Assembly (NCBI GenBank): GCA_027022365.1
Contig: JALVYU010000026.1
Coordinates: forward strand, 288,001 to 352,000
Direction: 5' to 3'
DNA length: 64,000 nucleotides
Source of the DNA: Desulfurococcales archaeon
GTDB lineage: Archaea > Thermoproteota > Thermoprotei_A > Sulfolobales > Desulfurococcaceae
The notes under the pieces: model-generated
The model's database searches: none
What the model saw: only the letters and a program-made list of their open reading frames with translations
What the model was told of the DNA's origin: nothing
Shown: piece after piece, positions 39,089-50,498 of the stretch
Layout: the number at the start of each line of letters is the position of its first letter
Numbering within the stretch: the first letter of the stretch is position 1
Program-made: the position numbers and the translations under genes

Positions 39089-40147
39089 TTATTCTTCCTC
39101 CAGACAGGCGGATACACGCCCGTCTTCATGTAGACCCGTTTGGTCTTCACTACTATTCCTTTCTTCATCCTAGCAATTTCTTCTGCGCTTTTGAGAGCTT
39201 GACCTAGCGCGACAAGTTCTCCTTTGAGCGTGAGGATCGCCACGAGCTTTCCAGGCTGTACATCCTTGGTCAGTCTCACGATGCCTGGGACAGCGAGGTT
39301 GGCGCCATGGGCTATTGCGTCTACAGCCGTATCACGTATCATTATCTTTGGTATATGGACTATCGCTGTTTCCACGGGTAGCACCACTTTACGTAGATAT
39401 CTCTCATCCCCTTCATTCCTCCAGAGATACAATGCCTCGCTTACCTCCTGCATTCTAACAAGTGTCTCGTCTTCCCGGTAGGGCCCTGTTCTCGTTCTGC
39501 GGAGCTCCCTCATATGGGCCCCCACGCCCAGCAATAGGCCTAGATCATGGGCTAGTTTACGCATATATGTGCCAGCCTCACAAAGGACTCTCAACAAGAC
39601 ATATCTCTCATTATGCTCAAGTATTTCGAGCTCATAGATTGTTCTCTTACGTATAGTTCTCTTAACACTCGATCTGAGAGGCGGCTTCTGATATATTGTT
39701 CCTTTGAAATTCTCTAGTGCTTCAACAAGCTCCTTATCTCCGACATCGCCGTGAAGCTGAACCACCATTACATATTCTTTGACGGTATGTATTACATTAC
39801 CTATTACTTTAGTAGCATTAGCTAGGGCCACAGGTAGTACGCCGGTCACCTTGGGGTTTCCCCGCCCCAGCCCCTCAAGGCTAGGGCTCTAGGGTACCCC
39901 CGTGACCAGCGCGTTCTAGCCCGAACATTTTCTTAATCCAAGCTACTACCTCATGACTCGTAGGACCTGGTGGTTTATCGAGATTAATCACTCCATTCCT
40001 TATATGTTCCTCGATTTTCCTCTCGTACGGGAGGATACCGTAATCGGGCGATGTATCATCTTCTCTAAGCACTATCCATTCGTTCTTGAATCCAGCATGT
40101 GTTGTTATCTTGTCTATGAAGATAAGCCCTTTTTCAGCGAGACCCAT
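39085..40147 (-). CDS. cbf5: H/ACA pseudouridine synthase Cbf5, spliced (exons 40147-39889 and 39857-39085; 343 aa)
   Basis: LDKPPGPTSHEV and GHGGTL[D]PKVTG, restored on intron removal; YQKPP, GTYMR, PUA domain. Confidence 0.95.
39858..39888 (-). other. 31-nt BHB pre-mRNA intron in the catalytic Asp codon of cbf5
   Basis: CCCU-AG^A / GGGG-AA^A junction with a 9-bp inner stem GCCCUAGCC/GGCUGGGGC; removal restores the frame and the GAC codon. Confidence 0.92.
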
Positions 40148-40309
40148 GCTTGTTCACCATCCCTGTAATGGTGACGATATTTACTATTATACTTGATTTT
40201 TCACAGAATTATTACTATTGTCTCAGATAATAACTATGTGATGTATTTGACTGGAAATAACAAAGTATTCTTGTGGCTATACAAGGAGAATTTAAGACAG
40301 GTAATGATT

Positions 40310-40600
40310 TTATACGGGGGAAAGCTTTGGCTTAACAATTTCTTTCATGAAGTCTGTGAGCCCTGTTGCTGCAATGGCCTTTAATACTTCTTCGTCCGAT
40401 GCTCCACGTCTGATATCGATTACCTTGTCTAGGGGCTCGATATGCTTGATGTTGACTCTTCTTCTTTTGACACCTGTTAGGCTCTTAGGCCCTGTTACTA
40501 GGACAAAATTATCATCTATTATATCGACTATTACGCATTTTCTTCCCGCTTCTCTCCCGGCAACCTTTACACATATTCGTCCGATCTCTATTGCAGGCAT
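40310..40600 (-). CDS. rpl14e: 50S ribosomal protein eL14
   Basis: [25 protein letters not shown]. Confidence 0.95.
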   Translation of the reverse strand: MPAIEIGRICVKVAGREAGRKCVIVDIIDDNFVLVTGPKSLTGVKRRRVNIKHIEPLDKVIDIRRGASDEEVLKAIAATGLTDFMKEIVKPKLSPV

Positions 40601-40632
40601 ACATCTCACCACTTAATCCTAACTAGCATTCC

Positions 40633-41178
40633 CTAATCTTTTCGCTTCCTCTTTAAAATTTTCTCTATAGCTGTCTTTACTATTTCGAATGTATTATCGA
40701 TCTCGAGGTTCTCCGTATTGATAATTATGTCAAATATGCTTAGATCATCGATATCTATGCCATAGTATTTTCTGAACCTTATTTTTTGCAGATATTCACG
40801 CATTACTGTCTCGTGGTATGCTTCCATAAGCGATTTACCATCCCTCAAGGCGATACGCTTAATCCTAGTTGCTAGTGGGGCCGTTATAAGTATCCTCACA
40901 TCAGCTATATCGGCAATTATCCAAGCAGTTAAATGTCCATCGATTACAATATTTCCTTTCAATGCCTCCAGATATGTCCTCCTATCTATCTCTATGTCTA
41001 TCGACGGATCATTAGTAGCAATCCTACTTAGCTCCTCTATACTGATTCCACGTTCCTCAGCCATTTTTCTAAAGATCATACCTGCAGAATAATATCGTAG
41101 ACCAAAATACTCGGCTATCTTCTTTGCCTGAGTGGTCTTGCCGCTACCCGGTGGTCCGCTTACAACGATCACAACCAA
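40633..41178 (-). CDS. cmk: cytidylate kinase (archaeal type)
   Basis: SGPPGSGKTT, SAGMIFR and YYGIDIDDLSIFD; synteny. Confidence 0.92.
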   Translation of the reverse strand: MVVIVVSGPPGSGKTTQAKKIAEYFGLRYYSAGMIFRKMAEERGISIEELSRIATNDPSIDIEIDRRTYLEALKGNIVIDGHLTAWIIADIADVRILITAPLATRIKRIALRDGKSLMEAYHETVMREYLQKIRFRKYYGIDIDDLSIFDIIINTENLEIDNTFEIVKTAIEKILKRKRKD

Positions 41179-41319
41179 TTGTCGACACCCTAGTATGGCA
41201 GCAACTAGGTTTCTATGATCAATAGGTCAAATAATAAATACTCGTTGGAGACGAGAAAAAGCACTTACCAAGAACAATATCTAAAGGAGCATATTCACTA
41301 CATGAATGATGTAATGTTA

Positions 41320-41595
41320 TCAGTGAATAGTAGCACGTACTGATTCGCGCAGGAGCCTTGAAAGACACTTAGGACATATGTAGCCTCCGTAAGGCCTTTC
41401 CGGCCTCTTCTCGGTCTTAGCTAGTTTCTTCAATACACTGGGGATCTCTCTTGGAACACCATTTAATGGCTTACCACAGATAGCACATCTGGCGGGCCTG
41501 GGCTTTCTTGGTTCATAGTGAATTTTTACTCTTCCACCCGGTGTTCTCACTATTACTTTCTTCCTACTCCTTGTCCTGTGGGCTGGTCTGGGCAT
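41320..41595 (-). CDS. rpl34e: 50S ribosomal protein eL34
   Basis: RTPGGR, CAICGKPL and RPERPYGG.ICPKC. Confidence 0.95.
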   Translation of the reverse strand: MPRPAHRTRSRKKVIVRTPGGRVKIHYEPRKPRPARCAICGKPLNGVPREIPSVLKKLAKTEKRPERPYGGYICPKCLSRLLRESVRATIH

Positions 41596-41660
41596 TATCG
41601 TTACACCCGTTCCAACTCTATATCAGAGTGTCTATATCCAAGTATTGGTAACTCTTAAAC

Positions 41661-42104
41661 TTAACGCGTCGTAGGATACACCGCCCTCATAATCAAATAA
41701 CTTGGAGCAAGATAACCGATCAGCGTGAGGAATAATACGTTAGTAACAAAATGATTTTCGGACAGCATGGATAAGAAGGGAAGGTATATAGGTATTTCCA
41801 CTATTTGTTCATGCGGAGGAATATAGATATTGAGTATATAAATACTGGCTGTGTAGGTGAACATGAATACGAGTATGTGGAGCATGAACATTAGGAAAAT
41901 CCTTTTCTTAGCCCTATCTATTAACGGTTTGTATTTCCTTATTTTTCGGAAGTCGGATTTTGTTCTCGGCTTTTCGGGCAGTTTTATCTCAGATAATATG
42001 TGTACAGCCCAGGAAAAGTAGCTGGTTCTGCTTATCAACTTCATTGTTAATGCGGCAAGAAGAGAAAAACCTACACCTGTCAGGAGGGCTATTGTTATTA
42101 ACAA
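41661..42104 (-). CDS. membrane protein, possibly DUF106/EMC3-Get1 (Oxa1 superfamily) type
   Basis: 3 TM helices with a basic loop after TM1; occupies the usual slot between secY and eL34 (call rests mainly on synteny). Confidence 0.55.
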   Translation of the reverse strand: MLITIALLTGVGFSLLAALTMKLISRTSYFSWAVHILSEIKLPEKPRTKSDFRKIRKYKPLIDRAKKRIFLMFMLHILVFMFTYTASIYILNIYIPPHEQIVEIPIYLPFLSMLSENHFVTNVLFLTLIGYLAPSYLIMRAVYPTTR

Positions 42105-42110
42105 TTGTTA

Positions 42111-43553
42111 TTACTCACCTATTAGCCTCTTAAGTAGCGGGTACGCCTCTAGTGTTCTTTCATAAGCTATCATGGTGTAGTACTGCTGCACAATACCTAC
42201 GGCCAGTAATAGCCCTGTCCCAGTACCATAGGCGCCGAGCAATGAGCCAAGAGCAGCTATTCCCGCTACTATTAGGCTGCTAAGCACAGTCAACGGGAAT
42301 ATATAGCGGCTAAGTATTCTCTCCAGTATCTTCGGGTTACGCCTTATTCCTGGGATCTCCATGCCGCTCTTTATCAATTGCTCTGCCTGCGCCGAGGCGC
42401 TCAGTCCCGATATTTCCACCCACATTATTCCGAAGAGAGTTGCCAATCCCATCAGGGTTACCGTGTATACCATGGCTCTGATAGGATCTGATAGTGTCGC
42501 ATATAAGCTTCCGGGTGGTGATAGATAATATGCTAGTCCTCCTACTAGCCTGCCATTTTCGTACTTAGCAAGAAAGTCTGCTACTTCTGACGGTACTACT
42601 CCCTGCAGATACATTCTGGAGAGACTGGCAAACACAAGTACGTCCGAATAGAGTATGCCGACCAACAGTACGGGTATGTTAGTGACATAGAGAAACTTTA
42701 ATGGTACCTTAGATTTTACCGTACGTAGTCTCGGCGACGTCACTGGTATTTCCACTTTTATGCCCTGAAGATACACCAGCACCAGTATTATGAATACGGT
42801 CACTACAAGACCTACAAGATCTCTACCGCCCTGCCTAACAATTATCTGACTAATACTGCCTCCAGACATCAGGACTTGCACAGCATAGGGGATAAAGCCA
42901 ACTATTTGCCCACTAACAACGATTGGGCTGAGAAGATTCCAAAACACGTACTGCGCAACGCCCGCTAGAATAAAGAGCGAGACACCCGAGCCCAGCCCCC
43001 ACCCCTTCTGTATCATTTCATCCAATAGTATAACTATATATGTCGCGAAGAATAGCTGTAGACCAACAATAACTCTCTGCAACGCGGTCGCACTACAGTC
43101 GGCGATCGGATTGGGGCCCGAAAGAGCCCAGTACCTACAAGCTGACACATACATGGCTGCTTCAAAAGCAGCGAGTATCAGCGCGAACGACTTCTGTGCT
43201 GCCGTGAACTTCCTTCTATCTTCTGGATTGGACATGTCGAGGTTAATGAGCTTCGCTCCAACAAGGATCTGCATGATCAGTCCAGCAGTAACTATAGGAC
43301 CGATACCTAGCTCCATCAACGTTCCTCTACGTGACGCGAATATTATCGATACCAAGAGCAATTGCTGAACATTAGAAGCACCCGTGATCTGTATTCCATA
43401 TAAAGGAGTATTTGCCATTATAACGTAAACAACCAGGGCTATGGCAGTCCATAACAGCCTCTCATATAGGCCGGGTTTAGCCCTAGGCTTTTCAACTGTA
43501 GGTATATAGTACGCCATCTTCGCAAGCGCATCCAATACGCCCATCGAAACCAC
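42111..43553 (-). CDS. secY: protein translocase subunit SecY
   Basis: LMELGIGPIVTAG, GWGLGSGVSLFI, IPGIRRN and GTGLLLAV. Confidence 0.97.
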   Translation of the reverse strand: MVSMGVLDALAKMAYYIPTVEKPRAKPGLYERLLWTAIALVVYVIMANTPLYGIQITGASNVQQLLLVSIIFASRRGTLMELGIGPIVTAGLIMQILVGAKLINLDMSNPEDRRKFTAAQKSFALILAAFEAAMYVSACRYWALSGPNPIADCSATALQRVIVGLQLFFATYIVILLDEMIQKGWGLGSGVSLFILAGVAQYVFWNLLSPIVVSGQIVGFIPYAVQVLMSGGSISQIIVRQGGRDLVGLVVTVFIILVLVYLQGIKVEIPVTSPRLRTVKSKVPLKFLYVTNIPVLLVGILYSDVLVFASLSRMYLQGVVPSEVADFLAKYENGRLVGGLAYYLSPPGSLYATLSDPIRAMVYTVTLMGLATLFGIMWVEISGLSASAQAEQLIKSGMEIPGIRRNPKILERILSRYIFPLTVLSSLIVAGIAALGSLLGAYGTGTGLLLAVGIVQQYYTMIAYERTLEAYPLLKRLIGE

Positions 43554-43668
43554 GCTCGTGTTTCCGGATCATAGGGACATTATTTCTCTTGACCCTAAAA
43601 ATACATGGTAACCGGGATAAATACATTCCTAAATGTATTGAAAAGAATGCTTGGTAAATAAAACCAAG

Positions 43669-44130
43669 TTATTGTTCCTTGATGACAACTACTTCGCCGC
43701 CTGCTTCCTCTATTTTCTTCTTGGCCTTCTCGGTTATCGATCTAGTGATTATCTTTAACGGTAACGTAACTTTGCCTGATCCAAGGACCTTATTATATCC
43801 CATACTCGCAACATCTATCACTATCTTGTTATCTTCCCTGTATGCGAGGTTCTTTGACAATAGAAACTTGGCTAGCTCATCAAGTTCTCCCACATTAATA
43901 GCAACTATTTCCGGGACTAGTTCCGGTGGTCTTGTGAAGCCGTGTTTACCGTACCAGTTCCTCGCGTACTTTAGCACCCACATCCATTTATGCTTATGCA
44001 TCCCAACAGCGCCGAAGCCTCCTCTAGATCCACTTTTCCGGTGCTGGCCTATTCTTCCCCATCCCATTGTACGGGTTCTCCCCCGGAGCTTGCGGCTCTT
44101 CTTCCTTTTCCTAACAACCATGAATACCAC
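43669..44130 (-). CDS. rpl15: 50S ribosomal protein uL15
   Basis: [22 protein letters not shown] and KIEEAGG. Confidence 0.95.
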   Translation of the reverse strand: MVFMVVRKRKKSRKLRGRTRTMGWGRIGQHRKSGSRGGFGAVGMHKHKWMWVLKYARNWYGKHGFTRPPELVPEIVAINVGELDELAKFLLSKNLAYREDNKIVIDVASMGYNKVLGSGKVTLPLKIITRSITEKAKKKIEEAGGEVVVIKEQ

Positions 44131-44134
44131 CTCC

Positions 44135-44623
44135 TTAGAGCATTCTCTTTATGAGCTCATTTATTGCTTCGCCACGGTACCCTAGCTCGCCGCCATCATT
44201 GTAGTGGCGCTTAGTGCTTTTCTTAAATCCTCCTCTTGGTGGGTGAAGCCTAAACACTGGCTTGATGCCATCTAGCTTGTGTAGTTTGACTTTCCCGTCG
44301 AGTAGAGCCTTAGCTAGGCCGGATATTCCGCCATAGATGCCTAAGTTCTTGAGCCTTGTTTCTACATACTCGTCGGTCAATGGCTTATTACCTATTGTTC
44401 GTCCACGTTTTCTGAGCAGTTCTACTAATGTGTCGTAGTTTATTTCTCCCCATGTAACCCAATCCTTAACCTTCTGCAACATTCCCTCTAGTCCAGGTTG
44501 GTCGGCCGGATATATCACCATATGGAATTTCTTATGGAGCCTTAGTAGTTTCAAAGTATACTTAACATCGGGTGGAACGTCGACTCTACCTCTAATCCTT
44601 ATGATCGCGTAGAGTTTCACCAT
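44135..44623 (-). CDS. rpl30: 50S ribosomal protein uL30
   Basis: IRIRG..V..DV..TLKLLRL and [10 protein letters not shown]. Confidence 0.95.
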   Translation of the reverse strand: MVKLYAIIRIRGRVDVPPDVKYTLKLLRLHKKFHMVIYPADQPGLEGMLQKVKDWVTWGEINYDTLVELLRKRGRTIGNKPLTDEYVETRLKNLGIYGGISGLAKALLDGKVKLHKLDGIKPVFRLHPPRGGFKKSTKRHYNDGGELGYRGEAINELIKRML

Positions 44624-44638
44624 TTCTCAACACCTTCA

Positions 44639-45289
44639 TTAAGCCTTCAACCAGTCAACGGGTGTTACGAACTTGTAGGTGTTACGTAGCGCCTCAACAA
44701 CTGCTTTAGCGAAGTTAAGCGTTGTTCTGGTTTCCCCGAGTGTTTCTGTCCACACATCTTTTATGCCAGCCATTCTGAGCACTGCTTTCGCAACATCTCC
44801 AGCGACTAGTCCTGTTCCTTTCGGCGCTGGTTTCAGTGTTACGACTACACTTCCACTTTTACCTCTTACCACGAAGGGTACACTGTGTGGTTCTCCACAA
44901 CGACACTCCCAGCTCCCACATCCTCTTCTCACAGGCGTTATGTTGAGCTTTGCGTTCCTCAACGCTTTTCTAAGCGCTACTAGGTATTGTCTGGCTTTTC
45001 CGGCACCTACGCCCACGAATCCGTCACCGTTTCCAATAACGACTACGACTCTGAACCTGCTTACTCTGCCTGCGTCGGTTACTTTCTGCACGATGCCTAC
45101 ATCGATTCTCTCGTATTTAAGATCGGGAAGCAGATAATCCACTATTTCGGGTTCGAGCAGTGGTAGGTTGTTGTCGAAGATATCCTTGAGACTGGTGATC
45201 TTACCTTCAACGACCATTTTACCTACTCTTGTCCTTGGTACCCAGGACTCGAGGGCTTCTCTATCTACTGCATTCATGGGCATGTTCAA
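44639..45289 (-). CDS. rps5: 30S ribosomal protein uS5
   Basis: [17 protein letters not shown] and [11 protein letters not shown]. Confidence 0.96.
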   Translation of the reverse strand: MNMPMNAVDREALESWVPRTRVGKMVVEGKITSLKDIFDNNLPLLEPEIVDYLLPDLKYERIDVGIVQKVTDAGRVSRFRVVVVIGNGDGFVGVGAGKARQYLVALRKALRNAKLNITPVRRGCGSWECRCGEPHSVPFVVRGKSGSVVVTLKPAPKGTGLVAGDVAKAVLRMAGIKDVWTETLGETRTTLNFAKAVVEALRNTYKFVTPVDWLKA

Positions 45290-45897
45290 ACACCTCCTAG
45301 GCTAACACCATACTCGTTGAGAATCCTGGCCTTTACCTCATCAAAATGCGCGGGGAGCTGTAAGGGGTCAAACCCTCTCACAATATATTGGGAGAAGAAC
45401 CTGTTGTAAGCCTCAGGATCTGCCTCCTGGAGCTTCTTGGCCCAGGAGGCTATGTGCTCCCCGCGGATACGCTCTTCGGAGGGAGCAATGCCATCGCCCA
45501 TTGGGACTTCTAGACCTACGTCATTTGCCGCCTTAATGGCCGCGAACACCTTAGCCCCTCTAGTGGGGGCGTGTAGCCCGATATCGGGGACAGCATACTT
45601 TATTCCGGCTTTAAGTGCTCTTAGAGCCGCCAGCATCCCGGTTAAATACGCGGCCGGGGTATTTCCAAGTCCTCCTAGCCATCCATACTTTTTGGCAAGT
45701 TCGCGTGAGTGGGCTGTAGCGATTGTTACGTCTCCCTCAGGCTTTGCGATCACGACTTGAACTATTATGTGTTTGAGGGTTTTTCTGACTACGAAGCGTG
45801 GATGACCTGATAGTATCATTCTGTAGCGTTTATAGTAGTTGGTTTTACCTTCTCTTCTCCTTCTTCTGGGTACTTTGTATCGTGGGCCTCTAGCCAT
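45286..45897 (-). CDS. rpl18: 50S ribosomal protein uL18
   Basis: [18 protein letters not shown] and NTPAAYLTG. Confidence 0.96.
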   Translation of the reverse strand: MARGPRYKVPRRRRREGKTNYYKRYRMILSGHPRFVVRKTLKHIIVQVVIAKPEGDVTIATAHSRELAKKYGWLGGLGNTPAAYLTGMLAALRALKAGIKYAVPDIGLHAPTRGAKVFAAIKAANDVGLEVPMGDGIAPSEERIRGEHIASWAKKLQEADPEAYNRFFSQYIVRGFDPLQLPAHFDEVKARILNEYGVSLGGV

Positions 45898-45904
45898 GAC
45901 TGGT

Positions 45905-46363
45905 TCACCTTACTTCTTTGAGAATACCTTTTTCTTTCATATAATGTTTGAGCGAAGCAAGGCTATGGAATGTTCCGCCTTTGGCTAGCATGTATAGTCT
46001 GCGATAAGTTCTACGATCAATAATACCATGGTCTCTTAGATATCTTAGATACCTCCTGATCTTTCTGATCTTGTGCATCCAAACCTCTTTCTTGTCCAGC
46101 CGTGCTGTTTTTACTCCCTTCCTCTTACCATAGCCTCTTCTACGCCCCTTCTTTCTCTGCTCGTGTCTCTTCCTCCATCTACCTCTGCTATTCTTATGTA
46201 CAGGCCTTACCTGAATAACACGGTCTTTGATCAGCTTTCTTATCTCCTGCCTCGTGATAACGTCGGCTACTTCATCGATGTAGTTTGGATCGATCCATAT
46301 CCTGGATTCTCCGACCCCCAATACTTCCGCTGCTAATCTCTTCTGTAGACTCAGATCTGTCAC
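45905..46363 (-). CDS. rpl19e: 50S ribosomal protein eL19
   Basis: [23 protein letters not shown]. Confidence 0.96.
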   Translation of the reverse strand: MTDLSLQKRLAAEVLGVGESRIWIDPNYIDEVADVITRQEIRKLIKDRVIQVRPVHKNSRGRWRKRHEQRKKGRRRGYGKRKGVKTARLDKKEVWMHKIRKIRRYLRYLRDHGIIDRRTYRRLYMLAKGGTFHSLASLKHYMKEKGILKEVR

Positions 46364-46782
46364 TGCTCCTCAACCTCCGACCTGCTGGTCGTTAGGGGTA
46401 TGGGATTAGCGACTTTAAATCCCTTATTGACAGCATATCTCATTATCTCGATCTTTTTCTTCAAACCAACAGTCCTACCAATATAGACTATATACTTATC
46501 CGGATCAAGTTGCTCGAGTTCTTTAACATTGTGTATTACTACAGGTATTTTTCCCGATGGATGCAGCCCTCTGACCAGCCTTGGCGACCTGTAGCCTACC
46601 TGTACTAGAGGCGGGTACCCCTTCTTTTTCAACCTCATCTTGTTATCAGTACCTTTAGGCTTACGCCATTTAGGCTCATTCTTGAATTTTGGTTTCTTCC
46701 ACCATAAATGCCTGTAGAAGTCGGGTTTCTTTGATTTGAGCTTCTTCCTTAACTCTAATAGTTTCTCTACATCATTGGTCAT
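46360..46782 (-). CDS. rpl32e: 50S ribosomal protein eL32
   Basis: WRKPKGTDNKMR and RGLHPSG. Confidence 0.96.
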   Translation of the reverse strand: MTNDVEKLLELRKKLKSKKPDFYRHLWWKKPKFKNEPKWRKPKGTDNKMRLKKKGYPPLVQVGYRSPRLVRGLHPSGKIPVVIHNVKELEQLDPDKYIVYIGRTVGLKKKIEIMRYAVNKGFKVANPIPLTTSRSEVEEQ

Positions 46783-47345
46783 TCTTCGTCACCCCAATCA
46801 TAAATGTATATCCCATCAGCGAAAACACGCCTGTCCTTATCCTTAACTTTAGTTGCGAGCTCGATATTAGCTGCAGTCTGGCCAACATGTTCGATATCAA
46901 TACCCTCAACGATCACATCTTCTCCTTTTACGGTAACCTTGACATCATCTCCTACTATCTTTGCTATTCTATCGGATCTCTCGCCCAGAAAGTTCTTTAT
47001 TCTAACTATTCTGTTGGAATTATCAACTTCAACAGTTATTGGGAAGTGCGAATATATTATTTTAAGCTTGTACTTATATCCTCGAGTAACACCTTTAATC
47101 AAGTTCTCGATATGAGAAGCTATTGTTCCTACTAATGCCTTCTTTTTCCTATTTGCAAAGAACGTCTCAACAATAACCTTGCTATCCTTTTTAGATATTT
47201 TCACTCCTTTTGCATGTGAGAAGTCTCTTTCAAGCCTACCCTTGGGCCCTTCTACAACTACTCGTAATCCGTCTATTGTGATATTTACATTTTCTGGAAT
47301 CTCCACTTCCTCGACTACATGGACTTCCTTAACCATACTGGTCAC
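46779..47345 (-). CDS. rpl6: 50S ribosomal protein uL6
   Basis: GPKGRL, YSHFPI and KDRRVFADGIYI. Confidence 0.96.
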   Translation of the reverse strand: MTSMVKEVHVVEEVEIPENVNITIDGLRVVVEGPKGRLERDFSHAKGVKISKKDSKVIVETFFANRKKKALVGTIASHIENLIKGVTRGYKYKLKIIYSHFPITVEVDNSNRIVRIKNFLGERSDRIAKIVGDDVKVTVKGEDVIVEGIDIEHVGQTAANIELATKVKDKDRRVFADGIYIYDWGDEE

Positions 47346-47350
47346 CTCCC

Positions 47351-47761
47351 CTAGTAGACGAAGGCTAGCAGTACACCACCTGTTTTTTTCTCAATAGCTT
47401 CTTTATGGGACATTACACCATAGGGTGTTGATAATATGAGAAGGCCAATGTTATATGCTGGCAGGTATTCGCGGAGCCAGTGGGGCATCTTCTCTAGATC
47501 CCTGTATTTAACAGGGAACCTCGGCTTGATCACACCGACCTTGTTGATTCTCCCTAGTAGCTGTACCTTTATCTTGCCCCATCTACCATCATCAATGTAC
47601 TCGAATTCGCCGATGTATCCTCCTCTCTGCATAACCTTCAATACATTAATTATTAGTTTTGATGCAGGCCAGATCAGTACTTCGGACTTAGCCCTCATTT
47701 CGGCGTTCTGGATAGCAGCTAAAGCATTAGCGAGCGTGTCGAGCATGACCATTGTTCTCAC
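47351..47761 (-). CDS. rps8: 30S ribosomal protein uS8
   Basis: [20 protein letters not shown] and STPYGVMSH. Confidence 0.96.
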   Translation of the reverse strand: MRTMVMLDTLANALAAIQNAEMRAKSEVLIWPASKLIINVLKVMQRGGYIGEFEYIDDGRWGKIKVQLLGRINKVGVIKPRFPVKYRDLEKMPHWLREYLPAYNIGLLILSTPYGVMSHKEAIEKKTGGVLLAFVY

Positions 47762-47763
47762 CC

Positions 47764-47928
47764 TCAGCTATACTTCTTAAATCCTAGAGCAGGAGCTATT
47801 TCGCGGAAACACTGTCTGCAGAGATATAAGCCGTAGGCCTGTATTACGGCATCTCGGGTACCGCATCTCTGGCACTTCCTTGATCCCTTTCCATACTTGT
47901 GGATTTTCGGCGCTCTATACTTGCCCAT
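47764..47928 (-). CDS. rps14: 30S ribosomal protein uS14, zinc-binding (not in ORF track)
   Basis: Manual translation: [54 protein letters not shown]. Confidence 0.95.
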   Translation of the reverse strand: MGKYRAPKIHKYGKGSRKCQRCGTRDAVIQAYGLYLCRQCFREIAPALGFKKYS

Positions 47929-47947
47929 CCTAATCACCTAATCAGGC

Positions 47948-48517
47948 TTAAATTATTTCAACACCAAACTCCTTATTAAGATAAAGCATTGCTTCTTCAC
48001 GAGATACACGGTGCCTTCTAGGTATGTGTTTCTTCCTACATCTCTTTCTTCTAAGGATCCGGTAGCCGGGTCTCTCGAGAGTTATGGCTACGTCCATACC
48101 GAAGACTCCTATCTCAGGATCATATTTCACGCCAGGAATGGTTATGTGCTCCGTTATCCCGAAGCTTACATTACCGTGGTCATCGAAGCTGGAAGCCTTG
48201 ATCTTGTATCCTATGGCTTCGAATGCTTTTCGGAGGAATGCCACTGCTTTCTCGCCCCTAAGGGTGACTTTGGCAGCTATGTTTTCTCCCTTACGTATGC
48301 CGAAATCCTTGATTGTCCTCCTTGCCTTGCGAGGCACTGGTTTCTGTCCTGTAATTTCCTCTAGAACCTTCATCGCCTTTCCTAGTCTCTCTGTAGCTGC
48401 TCCTACGGATATGTTTACGGTAACCTTGGCTATTCTGGGCCTTATCATAGGATTACTGTTCCATCTCTCTAGGATCTCGTCTATGTTTGGCACGTAGTCT
48501 GTTATCGCCATTACCAT
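47948..48517 (-). CDS. rpl5: 50S ribosomal protein uL5
   Basis: NPMIRPRIAKVTVN, FGIRKGE and YDPEIGVFGMD. Confidence 0.96.
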   Translation of the reverse strand: MVMAITDYVPNIDEILERWNSNPMIRPRIAKVTVNISVGAATERLGKAMKVLEEITGQKPVPRKARRTIKDFGIRKGENIAAKVTLRGEKAVAFLRKAFEAIGYKIKASSFDDHGNVSFGITEHITIPGVKYDPEIGVFGMDVAITLERPGYRILRRKRCRKKHIPRRHRVSREEAMLYLNKEFGVEII

Positions 48518-49269
48518 ACACCCTCAGGTAGGCTGATCAATGGTTCTTCTTTACCAATTGGGAATATGTATGACAGACTTGTCTGGAATTTGTTTCCATG
48601 CTTGTCTTCAAGCGTAACGATGCTTCTATGTCTCCTGACACCTTTTCTTATCTCAACGACTCTACCCACTCTTCCAACGTTTCTACCACCGCTAATGATC
48701 GCTATTACTCCTTCCTCAAGAGGAATGTATCCCATTATCTCCTGCTTGGGTATTCCTAGCTTGAGCGCGCCTAGGGTAGAATAGATGTCTTCGACGGGAT
48801 TAGTGGGATCACTTACTCTGATCAGAACGTTCCTGCCATCATGTAGGTTTAACTGTATATGTCCGCCCTTAACCGTGGTCTTATTCTCTATTCTGCATAG
48901 TTTAAACGTTGCCTCTTCCTTCTCTATCTTGTGTAGACCCAGGACTTTGACCGGTACTGGTATGACCCTGTAGTATTCCTGTGTGTCAACTATCTCGATG
49001 ACATCCATTATACCTACTGGGAACTTGTAGTTCTTCCTAATCTTACCATCAACCCTGAAGTGTCCTTCAGCAATCAGTTTCCTAGCTTCACGCGCTGTTT
49101 TGGCGTATTTGAATATGTCTCTGACAATTATAAGTAATGGTAGTGAGAAATCTATTGGGTGCGGTCCTGGTGAAGGCTTTACGGCCCACTTATACTCCTT
49201 CCTTAATATGGGCCAAAATCTAGGTGCTGCTAAAGCCTTTAAATGTCTTTTTCCACCCATTCTAGCCAT
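48511..49269 (-). CDS. rps4e: 30S ribosomal protein eS4
   Basis: HLKALAAP, PSPGPH and QLNLHDGRN. Confidence 0.96.
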   Translation of the reverse strand: MARMGGKRHLKALAAPRFWPILRKEYKWAVKPSPGPHPIDFSLPLLIIVRDIFKYAKTAREARKLIAEGHFRVDGKIRKNYKFPVGIMDVIEIVDTQEYYRVIPVPVKVLGLHKIEKEEATFKLCRIENKTTVKGGHIQLNLHDGRNVLIRVSDPTNPVEDIYSTLGALKLGIPKQEIMGYIPLEEGVIAIISGGRNVGRVGRVVEIRKGVRRHRSIVTLEDKHGNKFQTSLSYIFPIGKEEPLISLPEGVW

Positions 49270-49703
49270 TACTTCTCACCTTCTTTTTCTTTTGATTGTT
49301 CGGCTGATGTTTCTTCAACTTCTACTTGCTCTTTTAAAGACTTCTTTCGCTCGATTATCTCTTTTCTCCATTTATCACTTAGATCGAGTTTAATGATCAT
49401 TACTTTACTGGGATGTATTGGGTAGTAAACTGGTGTTTGATCAGCCTTTTTCATTTGAACCCCTTCAACATATATTCTGATCTTCCTCAGATCAACTCGG
49501 ACTACTTTGCCTTCATGGCCTTTCCAGTTACCACGCATTATCCTTACCACATCGCCCTTCCTTACCGGGAGCCTCCTTATACCATATTTTTCTCTTAGCT
49601 CGTGGCTAAGAGGTGCAGTCATTAGTTTGCGACGAATATGAAGCGGTGCATTGTAAAGTGCTTTCCTCTGCTTACTCGGTTTTGCGGAAGATGTGAGCAC
49701 CAT
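49269..49703 (-). CDS. rpl24: 50S ribosomal protein uL24
   Basis: [15 protein letters not shown] motif and PIHPSKV. Confidence 0.96.
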   Translation of the reverse strand: MVLTSSAKPSKQRKALYNAPLHIRRKLMTAPLSHELREKYGIRRLPVRKGDVVRIMRGNWKGHEGKVVRVDLRKIRIYVEGVQMKKADQTPVYYPIHPSKVMIIKLDLSDKWRKEIIERKKSLKEQVEVEETSAEQSKEKEGEK

Positions 49704-49715
49704 ATTTTTTCACCT

Positions 49716-50138
49716 CTAGATGATCATAGTCGCAATATTTGCTATCTGAGGCCACCTCTCCGCCGCCTCTCGCGCAATGGGGCCTCTTATCTCGCTGCCC
49801 TTAGGAGAGCCTTCAGGCGTCACTATGACTACAGCATTATCCTCGAAGGCTACCCATGTACCGTCAGGTCTTCTGAAGGGTCTTCTCTGGCGCACAATTA
49901 TAGCCTTAACTACCTGCTTACGCATCTCGGGCACGCCCTTCTTAACAGTGACAACAACTAGGTCTCCAACTCCCGCTGGTGGGATTCTCCTGAGCCTGCC
50001 CTTATAGCCCGGTACCCCGATGATCTTTACCTCTTTGGCTCCACTGTTGTCCGCCACCTTAACGTAGGAGCCTACCTGTAGCCCAGTATTGATCCTTCTA
50101 CGCGACTTGACCGGCCTGCCTTTTCTTCCCTTCGGCAT
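49716..50138 (-). CDS. rpl14: 50S ribosomal protein uL14
   Basis: VADNSGAK and FEDNAVVI. Confidence 0.97.
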   Translation of the reverse strand: MPKGRKGRPVKSRRRINTGLQVGSYVKVADNSGAKEVKIIGVPGYKGRLRRIPPAGVGDLVVVTVKKGVPEMRKQVVKAIIVRQRRPFRRPDGTWVAFEDNAVVIVTPEGSPKGSEIRGPIAREAAERWPQIANIATMII

Positions 50139-50485
50139 TACTTACCACCTGCCCTCTTAACTACTCCTAGAACAACGAAGGAAACAGTTTTGGCTAGAGG
50201 TCTTGTCTCTCCAACGATAACTTCGTCTCCCTCCTTCGCGTTGATGCAGGGAGGATTGTGTGCATGTATCAGTGTGTGTCTTTTCTCGTATCGCTTGTAT
50301 TTCTTAACATAATGATAGTAATCGTGTCTTACCACAACTGTTTTCTGCATCTTGGCGCTAACAACTACTCCCCTGAATATCATGCCACGAACCTTAATAT
50401 GTCCATGCCATGGGCATTTCGGGTCATCGCATTCATTCTCGGGAGGCTCTATGCCTGGTATACCGATATTTCTTGCCTTAGTCAC
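50138..50485 (-). CDS. rps17: 30S ribosomal protein uS17
   Basis: [10 protein letters not shown] and ETRPLAKT. Confidence 0.96.
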   Translation of the reverse strand: MTKARNIGIPGIEPPENECDDPKCPWHGHIKVRGMIFRGVVVSAKMQKTVVVRHDYYHYVKKYKRYEKRHTLIHAHNPPCINAKEGDEVIVGETRPLAKTVSFVVLGVVKRAGGK

Positions 50486-50498
50486 TCTTCTTCCCCAC

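Noticed and set aside
39085-40147. cbf5 as a frameshifted pseudogene or two separate genes
   Set aside because: Fully explained by a 31-nt BHB intron.
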